From Desulfomonilaceae bacterium (lineage in GTDB: Bacteria > Desulfobacterota > Desulfomonilia > Desulfomonilales > Desulfomonilaceae): a stretch of 64,000 bases of DNA. Shown here in pieces: positions 30,384 to 41,900 of the stretch. Location of the stretch: contig JBAZSD010000012.1 of NCBI GenBank assembly GCA_041662605.1, positions 38,788-102,787 on the forward strand, given 5' to 3'. Each line of letters begins with the position of its first letter. The stretch's first letter is position 1. The notes under the pieces were generated by a model, which saw only the letters and a program-made list of their open reading frames with translations, made no database searches and was not told the DNA's origin. Both the position numbers and the translations under genes were made by a program.

Positions 30384-30968
30384 TTAGGCCATTGCTCGTC
30401 CTTCGTTAAAGGCCCTAATATTAATTTCTACGAGCTTTGGTTTTAGTGATTCTCTCAGGGTCTTTTCGTAAACTTCAGCCGGGATATCCAGGAACTTTGA
30501 CAGTACACCGAGGAATATCACGTTTAGCACCTTTGGGTTCCCAATCTTCTTGGCGATTTCCGGCCCGTCGACAATTATGGTGTTTGGGGCTTTTTGCTTA
30601 ATTTTTTCGAGAACATCGTTCGGGTATTCCTGCTGGCCCGTGAAAACAGCGGGAGGCAAAATCTTTTGATCGTTCACAACGACCTGCCCTTTCTCAGACA
30701 GGAACGGAAAATATCTAAGTGTCTCAATCTGTTCAAAGGAGAGCAGAACATCAGCTTCCCCCATCCTAATGATAGGAGAATTCACAGTCTTTCCAAAACG
30801 AACGTGGCTTGAAACAGAGCCGCCTCTCTGGGCCATCCCGTGAATTTCGTTCTTTTTCACGTCATAACCGTGTCTCGCGGCCACACGACCAAGCACGTCA
30901 CTCGCTAGAATTATGCCCTGTCCGCCAACGCCGACAATCAATACATTGTATACACGATCCTGGCTCAT
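30384..30968 (-). CDS. iorB: Indolepyruvate:ferredoxin oxidoreductase, beta subunit
   Basis: NVLIVGVGGQGIILAS...HGMAQRGGSV pattern. 4-nt overlap with iorA. Confidence 0.85.
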   Translation of the reverse strand: MSQDRVYNVLIVGVGGQGIILASDVLGRVAARHGYDVKKNEIHGMAQRGGSVSSHVRFGKTVNSPIIRMGEADVLLSFEQIETLRYFPFLSEKGQVVVNDQKILPPAVFTGQQEYPNDVLEKIKQKAPNTIIVDGPEIAKKIGNPKVLNVIFLGVLSKFLDIPAEVYEKTLRESLKPKLVEINIRAFNEGRAMA

Positions 30969-32746
30969 GACGCCTCCTCAATAGCATCAAACTTGCAAAC
31001 CTCAAGGCATGTGCCGCATCCGACGCACAACGCCGCGTTTATCTTGGAGTAGCCCTTCCGTTTCTTTCCGGGTTCAGGCGCATCGATCCTGACGAACTCA
31101 AGAGCCGGGCAGCCTGTGTTTATACATGTCTTACAACCGGTGCAGACGTCCTTTTTGATTCGTAACGGTTTGTCCGGGAGTATACGGCCTTTTTTCAGGA
31201 GAGCGCACGGCGCTCTTGCAATGATCACCGAGGGTTCCGGAGCTTCCAACTCTTCCTTTACTATCTTTTCCAGCTCTTTAAGCTTGTAGGGGCTGACGAC
31301 TCTAACCCTTTTCAATCCGAAAGACTCGCAGAGTTTGGCCATGTCGACCGCTATTGTAGGTTCTTCTCTCAATGTGAACCCGGTTCCGGGATGTTGTTGA
31401 GCGCCGGTCATCGCCGTGATTCTGTTGTCTACTATTACAACTGTAGATTGGCCTCCATTATAAGCCAGTTCGAGAAGGGGGGTCATGCCGGAATGGAAAA
31501 ACGTGGAATCGCCAATGACTGCGACGGCTTTTCCTTTCGCTACTTCCCCAAGTGTTCTGGCAAGGCCTGAAGCGATGCCGATGCCGGCTCCCATGCAAAG
31601 GCAATTATCCAGCATGCCCAATGGAGGCAGCGCTCCCAGGGTGTAACAGCCAATATCACCCGCAACGTAAACCTTGTTTTTCTTGAGAGCTGTAAAGGTG
31701 GCCCTATGAGGGCATCCCGGGCACATATTAGGGGGTCTGAGAGGCAGTTCCATATCGATGGATCCTATACTCTTGGCCGAAGACTTTCCCAGGAGCGCCA
31801 TTTCAACCAGTTCCGGCGATAGTTCGCCGCACAGCCCGGTGAGGTTTTTTCCCTCGACGTCGATTCCCATCAAACGAACCGCTTCCTCGATGAAGGGATC
31901 CAATTCTTCAATAACTACGAGTCGTTTAACCTTTGAAGCGAAATCGCGAATCATCTTTTCCGGAAGGGGCCATACCATGCCCAATCTCAAAAATGACGCG
32001 TTCGGCATGACTTCTCTTGCATACTGATAAGCCACACCAGAAGTTATGATGCCTAACGATTCGTCCGCCATTATAATTTTGTTATAAGAAAAAGTTTCAG
32101 CGAAAGAGGCTAAGCGTTTGAGCCTGTCTTCCACAAAGGGATGCTTTTTTCTAGCCATGGCGGGCAGCATTACATACTTCACAGGGTCCTTCTTAAGGCC
32201 TAACTCTCTCGGACCTTCTGTTCTTTCCCTCATTTCTACGAGCGACATAGAATGCGAGATACGCGTGGAACTCCTGAATATTACCGGTGTGTCGTAATCT
32301 TCGCTTATTTTTAGCGCTTCGCCTATCAAATCTTTGGCTTCCTGGCTGTCAGAAGGCTCCAGACACGGAACTTTACCAAATTTGGCGTAATTTCTTGTGT
32401 CCTGCTCATTTTGGGAAGAATGCATCGCAGGATCATCACAAACTATTATGACAAATCCGCCGTTAACTCCGGTGTAAGAAAGGGTCATAAACGGGTCCGC
32501 CGCCACGTTTAATCCTACATGTTTCATGGCAGCCAATGCTCTAGACCCACCATAGGAGGCGCCTGCCGCCACTTCTACAGCCACTTTTTCATTTGGGGCC
32601 CATCCGGCGACAATTTCCGGGTACCTTTCACCTATATATTCCAGGATCTCTGTGCTAGGTGTTCCCGGATAGGCTGAGGCCAATCGAACACCGTATTCGT
32701 AGGCCCCTCTTGCTATTGCTTCGTTTCCAGATAATAGCTCTTTCAC
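30965..32746 (-). CDS. iorA: Indolepyruvate:ferredoxin oxidoreductase, alpha subunit
   Basis: LLSGNEAIARGAYEYG N-terminus, a TPP-binding region (GDSTFFHSG), and two C-terminal 4Fe-4S motifs (CTGCKTCINTGCP and CVGCGTCLEVC). The ORF track extends to 32842. I prefer GTG 32746 because AAGGTGA is 7 nt upstream and the result is a family-typical N-terminus. Confidence 0.85.
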   Translation of the reverse strand: MKELLSGNEAIARGAYEYGVRLASAYPGTPSTEILEYIGERYPEIVAGWAPNEKVAVEVAAGASYGGSRALAAMKHVGLNVAADPFMTLSYTGVNGGFVIIVCDDPAMHSSQNEQDTRNYAKFGKVPCLEPSDSQEAKDLIGEALKISEDYDTPVIFRSSTRISHSMSLVEMRERTEGPRELGLKKDPVKYVMLPAMARKKHPFVEDRLKRLASFAETFSYNKIIMADESLGIITSGVAYQYAREVMPNASFLRLGMVWPLPEKMIRDFASKVKRLVVIEELDPFIEEAVRLMGIDVEGKNLTGLCGELSPELVEMALLGKSSAKSIGSIDMELPLRPPNMCPGCPHRATFTALKKNKVYVAGDIGCYTLGALPPLGMLDNCLCMGAGIGIASGLARTLGEVAKGKAVAVIGDSTFFHSGMTPLLELAYNGGQSTVVIVDNRITAMTGAQQHPGTGFTLREEPTIAVDMAKLCESFGLKRVRVVSPYKLKELEKIVKEELEAPEPSVIIARAPCALLKKGRILPDKPLRIKKDVCTGCKTCINTGCPALEFVRIDAPEPGKKRKGYSKINAALCVGCGTCLEVCKFDAIEEAS

Positions 32747-33198
32747 GGTCACTTCACCTTTCGTAAATTTCCATGATCTCGACTCACTGAAAGTCGGATC
32801 AAATGCCTGACAGGACGGAAGTATCACCGTAAACGGCGCCAAAACATCTAAACCAGGGCCGTTCGGTATGTATGAGGGATATCGACATTACAATCCTAAC
32901 CTTACTTAACGACCCTGTCAAGATTTTCATATATGCGTTAATTTGGCAAAAATCCTGAATTTACAATATAGCCTTAACAATTGGAATTAGTTGAATTAGT
33001 TGTAGTAAATACCTATCCTGACAAAGATGTTTCTGTTCACCTATGTGAAACTACGACAAGAGGGTAAGTCTGTCCGGCAATCAACATGTTATTATTGGCT
33101 GATAGATTGTAAGTCAAATATTATTGATTTATCTCGAAAGAAATGATAATAATGTGAACAAGTTGCGTTATCATAACAGGATATCATGAGAGATTCTT

Positions 33199-34260
33199 AT
33201 GGTCAGAATATTAACTCTGATTTTAGGCGCTAGTGTTTGTTTTTTTTCCCAGGTTGCCGCGGAATCCCAAATTTCCCAGAATAATTTAATGATGGATTCC
33301 ACTTCTTCGCGTTCCAGTTTGTCGCGTCAGAATGTATTCTTACACGCGAAGAATTTCGATCAGGAACAGACGAAACTAAATTCAACCAATCCTTCACCTG
33401 AGACTCGCCGAAGAAAAAAAACCGAGCCAAGTAATAGAAGTCACCAGCGGTTTGCCAGGAATAACACTGATTCAGTTAATTCGGATGCGCCCGGACAAGG
33501 CGAAGCCTACGTCTTGGGAACGTCAATTTTCGATATCAGGATACCCGGGGACCCGCGGTCCCGTTTTGAATTAAAACCTGAAAATTGGAATCATCCGCAG
33601 AAAACGGAGTCGTGGTCCGTGCGACAAAAAGGCGAAGGTGCGCCAATACCAGGCTCCCTTCTAAAAAAATTGGGTAGTATTCCAAATCCAGTCATTTCTT
33701 TTCAGGAAGATCAAATTCAGAGACTGGAAATCCAGGTAAGTCACTCAACGCATGTTTTTAAATTACTTGCTCACAGGAGAGGCGCCGACATTCAAATACT
33801 CTATGAGTGCAAGATCGGGCTCGGGGCCCCAGAATTTCCTACCCCGGTTGGCACTTACTATGTAACGCACATATATGACCAGGACCCGTGGTGGATTCCG
33901 CCCCCAAATCGCGCATGGGCGGCGGGGGATTCGCCCAGTAAAAGAGTCTATGGGGGAACCATGGCTCCTCTTCTCAAGAAAAGAACACCAACGACCAGGA
34001 AAAAAGACCTTTCGAATTCGGAGGATCGAATTGAGGGTGTTGTGAAACTTGAGGATTATGGCTACAGATTCCATGGCACTAACGCGCCCAGAAGCATCGG
34101 ACGCAACCAATCTCACGGTTGTGTCCGAATGATTTCCGATGACGCCAAGAAAGTGGCCGGCATAATAGAAGATTACGTGGGTATAGCAGAACGAAAAGAG
34201 TCGGAAAATGGGTCTTACGCGATTCTAAAGGCGCCTGTAAGACTGAATCTACTCAAGTAG
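33199..34260 (+). CDS. L,D-transpeptidase (YkuD domain) with a long low-complexity N-terminal region
   Basis: Signal peptide. Catalytic motif YRFHGTNAPRSIGRNQSHGCVRM. Confidence 0.8.
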   Translation: MVRILTLILGASVCFFSQVAAESQISQNNLMMDSTSSRSSLSRQNVFLHAKNFDQEQTKLNSTNPSPETRRRKKTEPSNRSHQRFARNNTDSVNSDAPGQGEAYVLGTSIFDIRIPGDPRSRFELKPENWNHPQKTESWSVRQKGEGAPIPGSLLKKLGSIPNPVISFQEDQIQRLEIQVSHSTHVFKLLAHRRGADIQILYECKIGLGAPEFPTPVGTYYVTHIYDQDPWWIPPPNRAWAAGDSPSKRVYGGTMAPLLKKRTPTTRKKDLSNSEDRIEGVVKLEDYGYRFHGTNAPRSIGRNQSHGCVRMISDDAKKVAGIIEDYVGIAERKESENGSYAILKAPVRLNLLK

Positions 34261-34352
34261 TAAAAGGAATACGTTTAAGAAATATTGGCCTCGAACAGTC
34301 GTTGATTTATTAAAGTTTATGACGGCTCCGGATTTTTCCCCCATATCCCGGA

Positions 34353-34874
34353 TCAGGCTTTAGGATTATACGTAGGAGCGTTTTTCGACGTTTTTCCCTT
34401 CAAATGTACATGATAGTATTCGTAAGTGAGAGGCCGACCCTCATCTATGGATTTCGAAAAAACTACCTCACCAATAAAAACTGTGTGTGTGCCTACATCC
34501 AAATGATTTTTGACTTTGACTTCCATTACGCCCAAGACATTATCAGTCACGAGCGGACATCCATTTGGGCCAATGAAATGGCCGGTTTTCTCAAATTTAT
34601 TTACGTCACGTCCTGATTTGAATCCAAAAAGTCCAATGAAGGGAAAAGGCGTGGAGTCTTTGAGCACCGATACACCAAAAATGCCGCCGCTTATAATTAA
34701 CTCATGGGTGTAATTCATTCTGTTGATAATTACTGCGACGCAGGGCGGCTGAGAAGTAACCTGTATTACAGTGTTAACGATTTGCCCGTTGATGCGAGCC
34801 CCATCGGCTGATGTTACGAGATACAAGCCGTAACTGAGGCCACGAAATACGTTGTAATCGACTTCAGGGATCAT
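34353..34874 (-). CDS. Flavin reductase-like (FMN-binding split-barrel) protein
   Basis: 173 aa with the pattern GLYLVTS...NGQIVNTVIQVTSQPP.VAVIIN..NYTHELI..GIFGVSVL, typical of the Flavin_Reduct domain. Confidence 0.65.
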   Translation of the reverse strand: MIPEVDYNVFRGLSYGLYLVTSADGARINGQIVNTVIQVTSQPPCVAVIINRMNYTHELIISGGIFGVSVLKDSTPFPFIGLFGFKSGRDVNKFEKTGHFIGPNGCPLVTDNVLGVMEVKVKNHLDVGTHTVFIGEVVFSKSIDEGRPLTYEYYHVHLKGKTSKNAPTYNPKA

Positions 34875-35041
34875 GGAAAGCCTCTATCGGGTGAAATATG
34901 CTCACCGGCAGGGGAGCGGACAGCCCCGGCCAAAAAGGTCCAGTTCTCAGTCACTTAAACGCATGAAGAATTTTGCTTTGTTAGATTCCCTGATAGCAGG
35001 AAACGTTCATTTTGGTCAATCACAGCAATTTCGGTCTCGGA

Positions 35042-35681
35042 CTATTGCCCTGAATGCCCCCAATCTTTTTCAACGGCGTAATCGATAATCCTGTCAACGT
35101 ATTGAGAATCAATGGGAGGAACTGGAAGATTTGTTAGCGCCCTGTCGATGTTGGAGCGATCAAACACCGGGTTGTTCGCGAAGCGCAACAGAATTGTCTG
35201 CATTTGCCGCCACACCATCCTCTCGATCCTGTTTCTGGGTTGAATAAAGGGCGCTCCAGCGCCCGCAAATCGAAGGCCGTGCTAATTATGTGGACTTTAA
35301 GGGGCTTTTCGGTCCATCAATTTTCTTAATGTCACCGTTGAACCTAGGTTTGTCCTGAGAGGCTCCCCATGCTCGTCCATGTGCAGTCGTGTAGAAGCCG
35401 CGCTGTGCAACAAAGTGTGTCCACGTCTTTATTCCTTTATAGTCCTGGCGCCACTGGTCCCATTGATTGTCAGCTTCAAGGATATCACCCTTGAACCATT
35501 TTAGGGATCCCGCGCTTCTCGGGAGCCCGAGCCCCCCAAGAAACGTATTAGTATCCAGCTTTCGTGATTCACTCCTGTAGTGGGCCCATACGCTGTGACG
35601 GCGATCAAGCAATTCAGCCAACAGATATTCCCCGAGGAATCCTGTTCCACCGGTGAGAAGCACATTCATGGAATCGGACAT
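35042..35681 (-). pseudogene. Decayed NAD(P)-dependent thioester-reductase / SDR-like gene (N- and C-terminal remnants in different frames)
   Basis: The N-terminal frame (35681 to 35286) has the Rossmann motif VLLTGGTGFLGEYLLAELL and GDIL. A second frame (35281 to 35045, shifted by 1) reads ...RFANNPVFDRSNIDRALTNLPVPPIDSQYVDRIIDYAVEKDW-stop, which resembles the C-terminus of thioester-reductase domains. The total span is about 210 codons versus about 350-400 for intact family members. Confidence 0.5.
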
Positions 35682-35964
35682 GTATCTTCCGCATGTTCTA
35701 GAATTCCGCTCTAGGAACACCCTTATTCGAACATATTAATCTAGACTGTAGGCGTATGACATTACAAACAAAAAACCAAGACCAATCCTATAAAATCAAT
35801 CAATCTCACATCTTCATTAGTAGGTTAAAATATTGTAATAGCAGATGGTGTCTCATACAGGGAATCGTGAGGCTATTGACTTGAACCCAAGTTTTTTGAT
35901 TACATGCAGAGAATGATAGCTTATACTATAAGTTTGAATTTATTTTCCTAAATAAGGGTGTTAG

Positions 35965-38900
35965 ATGTCAGTCACATGTGATCAAGCTTCATTAATTTTC
36001 CTGTTTCAAGCTAATAATATTACCTCCTCACTAATAAATACAGCCAAAGACCTAAATGTTCGAGTGGCTTTTGATCTTGGATCTGAAAATCCATCTTTGT
36101 ATCAATCTTTGCTACTAGTAGCGGACGCGTCGCAAGATGTAGTGGATCTTAAGATCTCCCCCTGTGTACTCTCAGACCCAAAATTGGTAACCACGCTAAA
36201 TGAAATAGATGTCCGAAGAATTTGGCTGGACATGGAACCTGTTGGCGCTTTGGAGGACAAAAATTCAATATTTAAACAAATTGCAGAGCTAGCGTCTGAT
36301 TTTGAGATTATCCCAATATTGAGTGATTTAGGCTCCATCCGGAAAATTATAAAAGACCATCCAGACATAAGGAACATTGCCATAAAGGGAAATGAAGCAG
36401 CCGGTTTTGCTGGGTCAGAGACCTTGCTCACGCTTTTTTCAACTGTTTCTTCGCTACTCAAGCAATCAAACTCTCCTGCGAATATTTTCATATGGGGCGG
36501 GATCTCCTTTCCCGAGGTGGCGGCGGCGTTTCTGGCCTGTGGAGCAAAGGGCATAGTGTTTGAGAGTCTCCATTGGCTGACCGACATGGTCAACCTGGAC
36601 GAAGATTTCAAGAAGCGCATTGAGAACATTCGCCCGGATCACACTGAGTTGATAGGGGCAAATTTAGACGTTTATCTCCGAGTCTTCAATAAGGGTAATT
36701 CTACGTCCGTAAAAGATTTGAAAGATTTCGCCGGATCCTTATGTGGCGCCGAAATAAGAGACGAACAAAGAATTTCTTTTATCAGGCATGTTTTGAAAAA
36801 TTTGACGCATCCCCTTAAAAGCAAGTTTGGGAAAGATGAGTTGATCCCTCTAGGTACTGAAGCGACGTTCGCTGCATCTTTTGTTCGTCGCTACGGTTTT
36901 TTCACTGAACAGGCTATTGAGAAATTTAGTAAAGACATTGAAAAGTGTTTGAGCACGGCCCCCGAACGAGCCGTGTCTTTCGTAAAGAGCCCAACTGCTG
37001 AGAAGATGGGGACAGAATATCCATTTATTCAGGGGGCCATGTCCTGGATTACTGATTCAATGGAATTTGCGTCAGGCATTTTGGAGTCAGGAGCGTTACC
37101 AACGCTGGCGCTTGGGCTTATGGACTCCAACACATTGAACTCAAAATTCTCTGATTTGCAAAACCACTTGGGCGATCGGCCCTATGCCGTGAACATAATC
37201 ACCCTGTCCGAGAATCCATTCCGTGACGAGCAAGTTGAATGGGTAAAGTCTAAAAAACCTCGATTTGTAGTCATAGCTGCTGGAGAGCCATCTAACGCCA
37301 GGGGTTTCATTTCAGATGGTATTGAGGCTATATACATCGCGCCGAATGAGGAACTGCTCAGATTGGCGCTCGAAAACGGTATAAAGTTTGTGGTCCTTGA
37401 GGGTCATGAATCGGGGGGGCATGTCGGCGTTCATAGTACTGTGACTCTTGTCCAGGCGGCTCTGGATCTTAAGAGCCGTCGCCCTGAACTCTTTAAAGAT
37501 TCCACGATAATTTTCGCAGGTGGCTTTTTTAACCGTTTGACATCGGTCATTGCATCTATCATGGGCGCCGACGGCCTCCAAATGGGGACCGTATATCTGG
37601 CTTCAAAAGAAATTGTTGAAACAGGAGCACTAAGCCGGATTTACCAAAAGAGAATTCTTGAAGCTCAGCCCGGCTCGACTATAGTTACCGGCGAAAGCGC
37701 TGGACTACGTGTACGCTCCCTGAAGACACCAAAGATAGAAGCGATTTGTTCACTCGAACGCGATTTTGCCACCGGTTCCGAGAACGAAAGTTCCTTTCGA
37801 AGGAAAATAGAGACATTGAGCGCGGGCAGTCTTTTCATTGCTGCTAAAGGCATGAATAAGCCCGATGGCGAAAAGTTGGCTGAATCAGAAATAATGAAGC
37901 AGGGCCAATTCATGAGTGGCGCATGCGCGGGGGGAATCAACGTCCAGCTTTCTCTGCGCCAAATCCATGAGAATTTGGCATTTGGCGCGCCAAATGATGT
38001 TTTGCCCGCTCGGGTAAGCCTCAGACCTGACTACTCCGAACCATTGTCCAATAAACAGAGTTCTTTTTCCTTTTCCAGCCACCAGACTTCCACCACGCGT
38101 GGTTCCAACACAGGGACCAATGGATTCGAAAGGATAGCGATAACCGGAATGAGTGTTGTCAACTCACTCGGCGCTAGTCCTCTGGAAATAATACAGGCAA
38201 GCCTGGCTCTAAAAAGCGGTGTTACCCCGGTTCCGTCCACAAAGTGGAATCATGAGGCCTTTTTCAGCTCAAAACCTAGGGCTTCTGAAAAAACCTATTG
38301 CCGATATGGGGCTTTTCAAAACCTTGAAGTTTCCAGAAAGGAATTAGGCATTCCGCCTCAAGATTTCAGAACTATGGCTGAAGCCACAAAAATTACATTG
38401 TGGTTAGCCAAAAACGCAATATTGGAATCAAACATCCTGGAGTCGAACATCCCCAGAGAACGCATTGGCGTTCTAATATCTCAGAATTCAGGCGAAGCTG
38501 CGTCAACATTGGAGCAGATGATAATCAGAGGTTGCTCTGAAAAAATATTATCCGACATCAAGAGAGCGCTCAATCTTACCCCTGACCAGGAGGCTCTTGT
38601 ATCCGAAGAGATTAAGCAGAAAAGAATGGGTGTCGATGACACCACCCTTCTCGGTCGGCTAAACTGTTCAGCCGGTGGATTCATATGCAACAAATATGGA
38701 TTTATGGGCCCCAGTTTCTCTGTTTCAGCGGCTTGCGCAACGTCTTTGGTGGCTCTCTACAGCGCTTACCAAATGATTAGAAACGGAATCATAGACGCTG
38801 CTGTGGTAGGTGGGGGTGAGGAGCTTTTGACTCCAATGCATTTCCTGGAGTTTTCAGCTTTGGGGGCTTTGGCAGGTCTGTCGGGCGCCAACAAATCTCC

Positions 38901-41900
38901 TGCCGAGGCTAGTAGGCCCTTTGACGCGGACCGTGATGGGATGGTCCTTGGCGAAGGCGGAGCGATGATAGTCATCGAACGCGAATCAATCGCACTCAAA
39001 CGAGGCGCCAATATTTCGGCCTTTATAACTTCCATGGGAGCCAGCAATAACAATCTTGGCATGGTGGAGTCTTCCAGAGCCACTCAGGAAATCGCTATCA
39101 GAGCCTCTTTCAAGGACTGCTCATATGGCCCGGAATCCGTGGACTTGATAGAGTGCCACGCCACCAGCACTAAACAGGGCGATGTAGAAGAAGTCCAGGG
39201 GCTGAAATCAATATTCAATTCCGGTCGTCCGCCGGTTCTCACCTCTTTCAAGTCTCAAATCGGTCACACTTTGGGAGCTTCTGGACTTAACAGCCTGATC
39301 CGGGGTGTTATGGCCATGCGCTCGAAGGTTTTTTCTCCAACAATCAATTATTGCAAACCGGACCCCGAGATTGGAATGGAATCAGCGGGATTCAGAGTAA
39401 TGTCTGAACCTTCTGATTGGCCGCTCAGCAATGGCAATCCTCGGCGATTCCAGGTTAACGCTTTTGGCTTTGGCGGATCGAACTACGTGGTTCAGATCGA
39501 AGAATCCCAAAATCAAGAAGCGGTAAGATTTTCTCCATCTCCAGAAAAACTCAAGATTTCCGTTGATAAGCGTCCAATAGTCAAGGCTCCGGATGGAATA
39601 CATTTCTTTCGAAGTTCTATAGCTGGAGAAACATACCGGATAGCTGTAATCGCTGAATCTGAAGCCGCTGCTGTTGAGATGATACAAAACGAAGATTTGA
39701 TCTCCGGCGAAGGAGCGATCGGTGGTAAACGACTGAAAGTTTTGGCGAGGCAGGGCATTCATATCGGATCATCCAACGCGCCAATACCCCGCATGGCTTT
39801 TGTTTTCCCCGGTCAGGGATCACATTACGCCGGAATGGGGCATGAGCTTTACAATAACTTCCCGGTGATTCGGGAATGGATGAACAGAGCCGCTGACGTA
39901 GCGGAATTCGATATCCTTAAACTTCTATTTTACGATAAAGAAGAAGATTTACAAAAAACAAGGTGGCAGCAGCCGGCGCTATTTACTCTTGAATACGCCT
40001 TGGTGCAACACTTGATTTCACTGGGGGCTAGGGCCACGGCTTTGGCCGGACATAGTCTCGGAGAACTCACAGCCCTGTGCCTTGCCGGTGTTTACTCTTT
40101 TGAGGACGGCTTTCGCATTGTGAACAAGCGTGCAGTTTGCATGGACAAAGCCTGCAAAATGAACGTGGACCCGGGAATCATGGTGGCCTGTGACGCTCCT
40201 CTGGACGTGGTAGATCAAATCCTGTCCGAAGCAAAAAACGTTTACATAACGAACATAAATTCACCTAGGCAGATTGTAATCGGAGGGGCGACCGAAGAGT
40301 CCAAGGAAATCTCAGCTAGACTGAAAGAAATGGGATATAGGAGCACCGTCCTAAGGGTAAGCATGGCGTTTCATTCGCCGATCATGAGGTGTATCCACGA
40401 TGAGCTGAGAGAATTTATTGATACCGTAGATTTCCACCCCCCCCAAATTCCTGTTATTTCCAACACCACGATGAAACCTTTTCCGGACGATGCTGAAGAG
40501 ATAAAGGGAATTGTGATGGCCCATCTTGAGTCTCCGGTTCATTGGCTCCAGAATGCCAAGACGTTGTGGAACGAATTTGACGTGAGACTTTTTGTTGAAG
40601 TCGGGCCGCGAGAAGTTTTGTCTAACCTTATACAGGACACTATTGAAGAAGCCCCATGTATTCAGACCTGTCTGCCTTCCGCCGAGTCTTTAATGTGCAA
40701 GACAGCGGTAGCTCAACTGTATTCCAAGGGAATTCTGCCAATTGATAATGCGAGAGATTTGACCGACGATCTTTATCGGGGCTCCCAATTTGAAGCGGTT
40801 GAAAACCATAAGGAACGGCCGGTGGAGCGTACAGTTAATTCCAGGGTTTCAATACAAACTGATTTGAAAGAAATTATACAAAAAGAAATCAACTCATTCG
40901 TAATCGAAACATTTGGCAGATTTATCAGGCCTTCTATCTTACGGCAGATTCGTACAATTAAGGACCCAAAATTCAGCGAAGCCGATCTGGACAGGATACT
41001 TGGAAATTCATTCGGCGCGTTGTCCACCCCATCTCTTATTGAGACGCCGTACAATCAAACCCAGCTTACAATCGCTCAACAGGAACCAATGAGATCCGCT
41101 GCTCCTGAACCGGAATCCTCGGCTCCGGATACCACGGAGACAATTATTCGCATAATAATGGAGGTAACTGGTTATGACAGGGATGAGATTGAACCTCACA
41201 TGGACCTTAGGGAAGATCTCGCAATAAGATCCAGCAGGCTTCCTGTAATTATGGATGCGGTGGAAAGTCGATTCAAAATCAAGATCGAACTTGAGGACTT
41301 TATGGACGTGAGAACAATTAAGGACCTGTCGGATCGTCTCGACATGGTTGTATCAAGAAAAGCTCCGTCCATCGCAAAAAATGCGTCAGTCGATTCTGAA
41401 ATCGAGGAAACAGAGATTCTGGAAACTCCCAAGGAAATTTTGAAAAGACTTACTTTTTCGGAAGTTCCCCTGACTGGCGATTCTTTTCAGCCGCTGGAAC
41501 TTAGTCCGATGGATTCGGTTATTGTTGTTGGCCCTTCTTCGTCCGAAGAATTCTGCAGGAATGTGGGAGACGTTTTTCGCAGGGATTACGGGGTCCGGAT
41601 AGATCACTTTTTCTTTGGTTTGAGTCAATCGGATAAAGACGAAAACATCGTTGACTTGCTATCGGATTCCGGTCTGATGGAAATAAAAGACACAATAAGA
41701 GATTCCGAGTCTCCGGCGGGAATAGTCTTTGTCACTGATGAGGCTTTTGAGGCGAGATTTTCCGAAACAGCGACGTTGACGAACTTTTTGACGGGATTTT
41801 TCAGCTTGTTGCAGCAATTTATTCAGAAACCAAGCAAAAAGATGTCTGTATACTTGCAATCTGGGGGTGACTCGCCGAGCGCTTTCATGGAAGCCGTTAC

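Noticed and set aside
32984-33001. Tandem 9-bp direct repeat GAATTAGTT x2 in the iorA/L,D-transpeptidase divergent intergenic region
   Set aside because: It is only two short AT-rich copies in an AT-rich 356-nt spacer, which is indistinguishable from chance without comparative data.
35876-35927. Sigma70 promoter for the megasynthase gene (TTGACT at 35876-35881; TATACT at 35922-35927)
   Set aside because: Spacing between the good -35 and -10 candidates is wrong (over 20 nt for TTGATT/TATACT), and the hexamers at correct spacing are poor (ATTACA). I cannot support a specific promoter call.
36102-36629. Long antisense or overlapping ORFs inside well-supported genes (e.g. 36102..36629, 43123..43650, 10261..10842, 15031..15636, 61967..62503, 5296..5706)
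   Set aside because: They lie entirely within, and antisense to or out of frame with, genes that carry strong family motifs. Their translations are low-complexity or Arg/Ser/Leu-rich shadow-ORF products without motifs or ribosome-binding sites.
38418-38447. Tandem peptide duplication ILESN-ILESN inside the megasynthase (KS N-terminal linker)
   Set aside because: The duplication is real at the protein level, but the two 15-nt copies differ at synonymous positions. It is therefore an old, in-frame linker duplication with no obvious functional implication, and not an assembly artefact or a repeat element.
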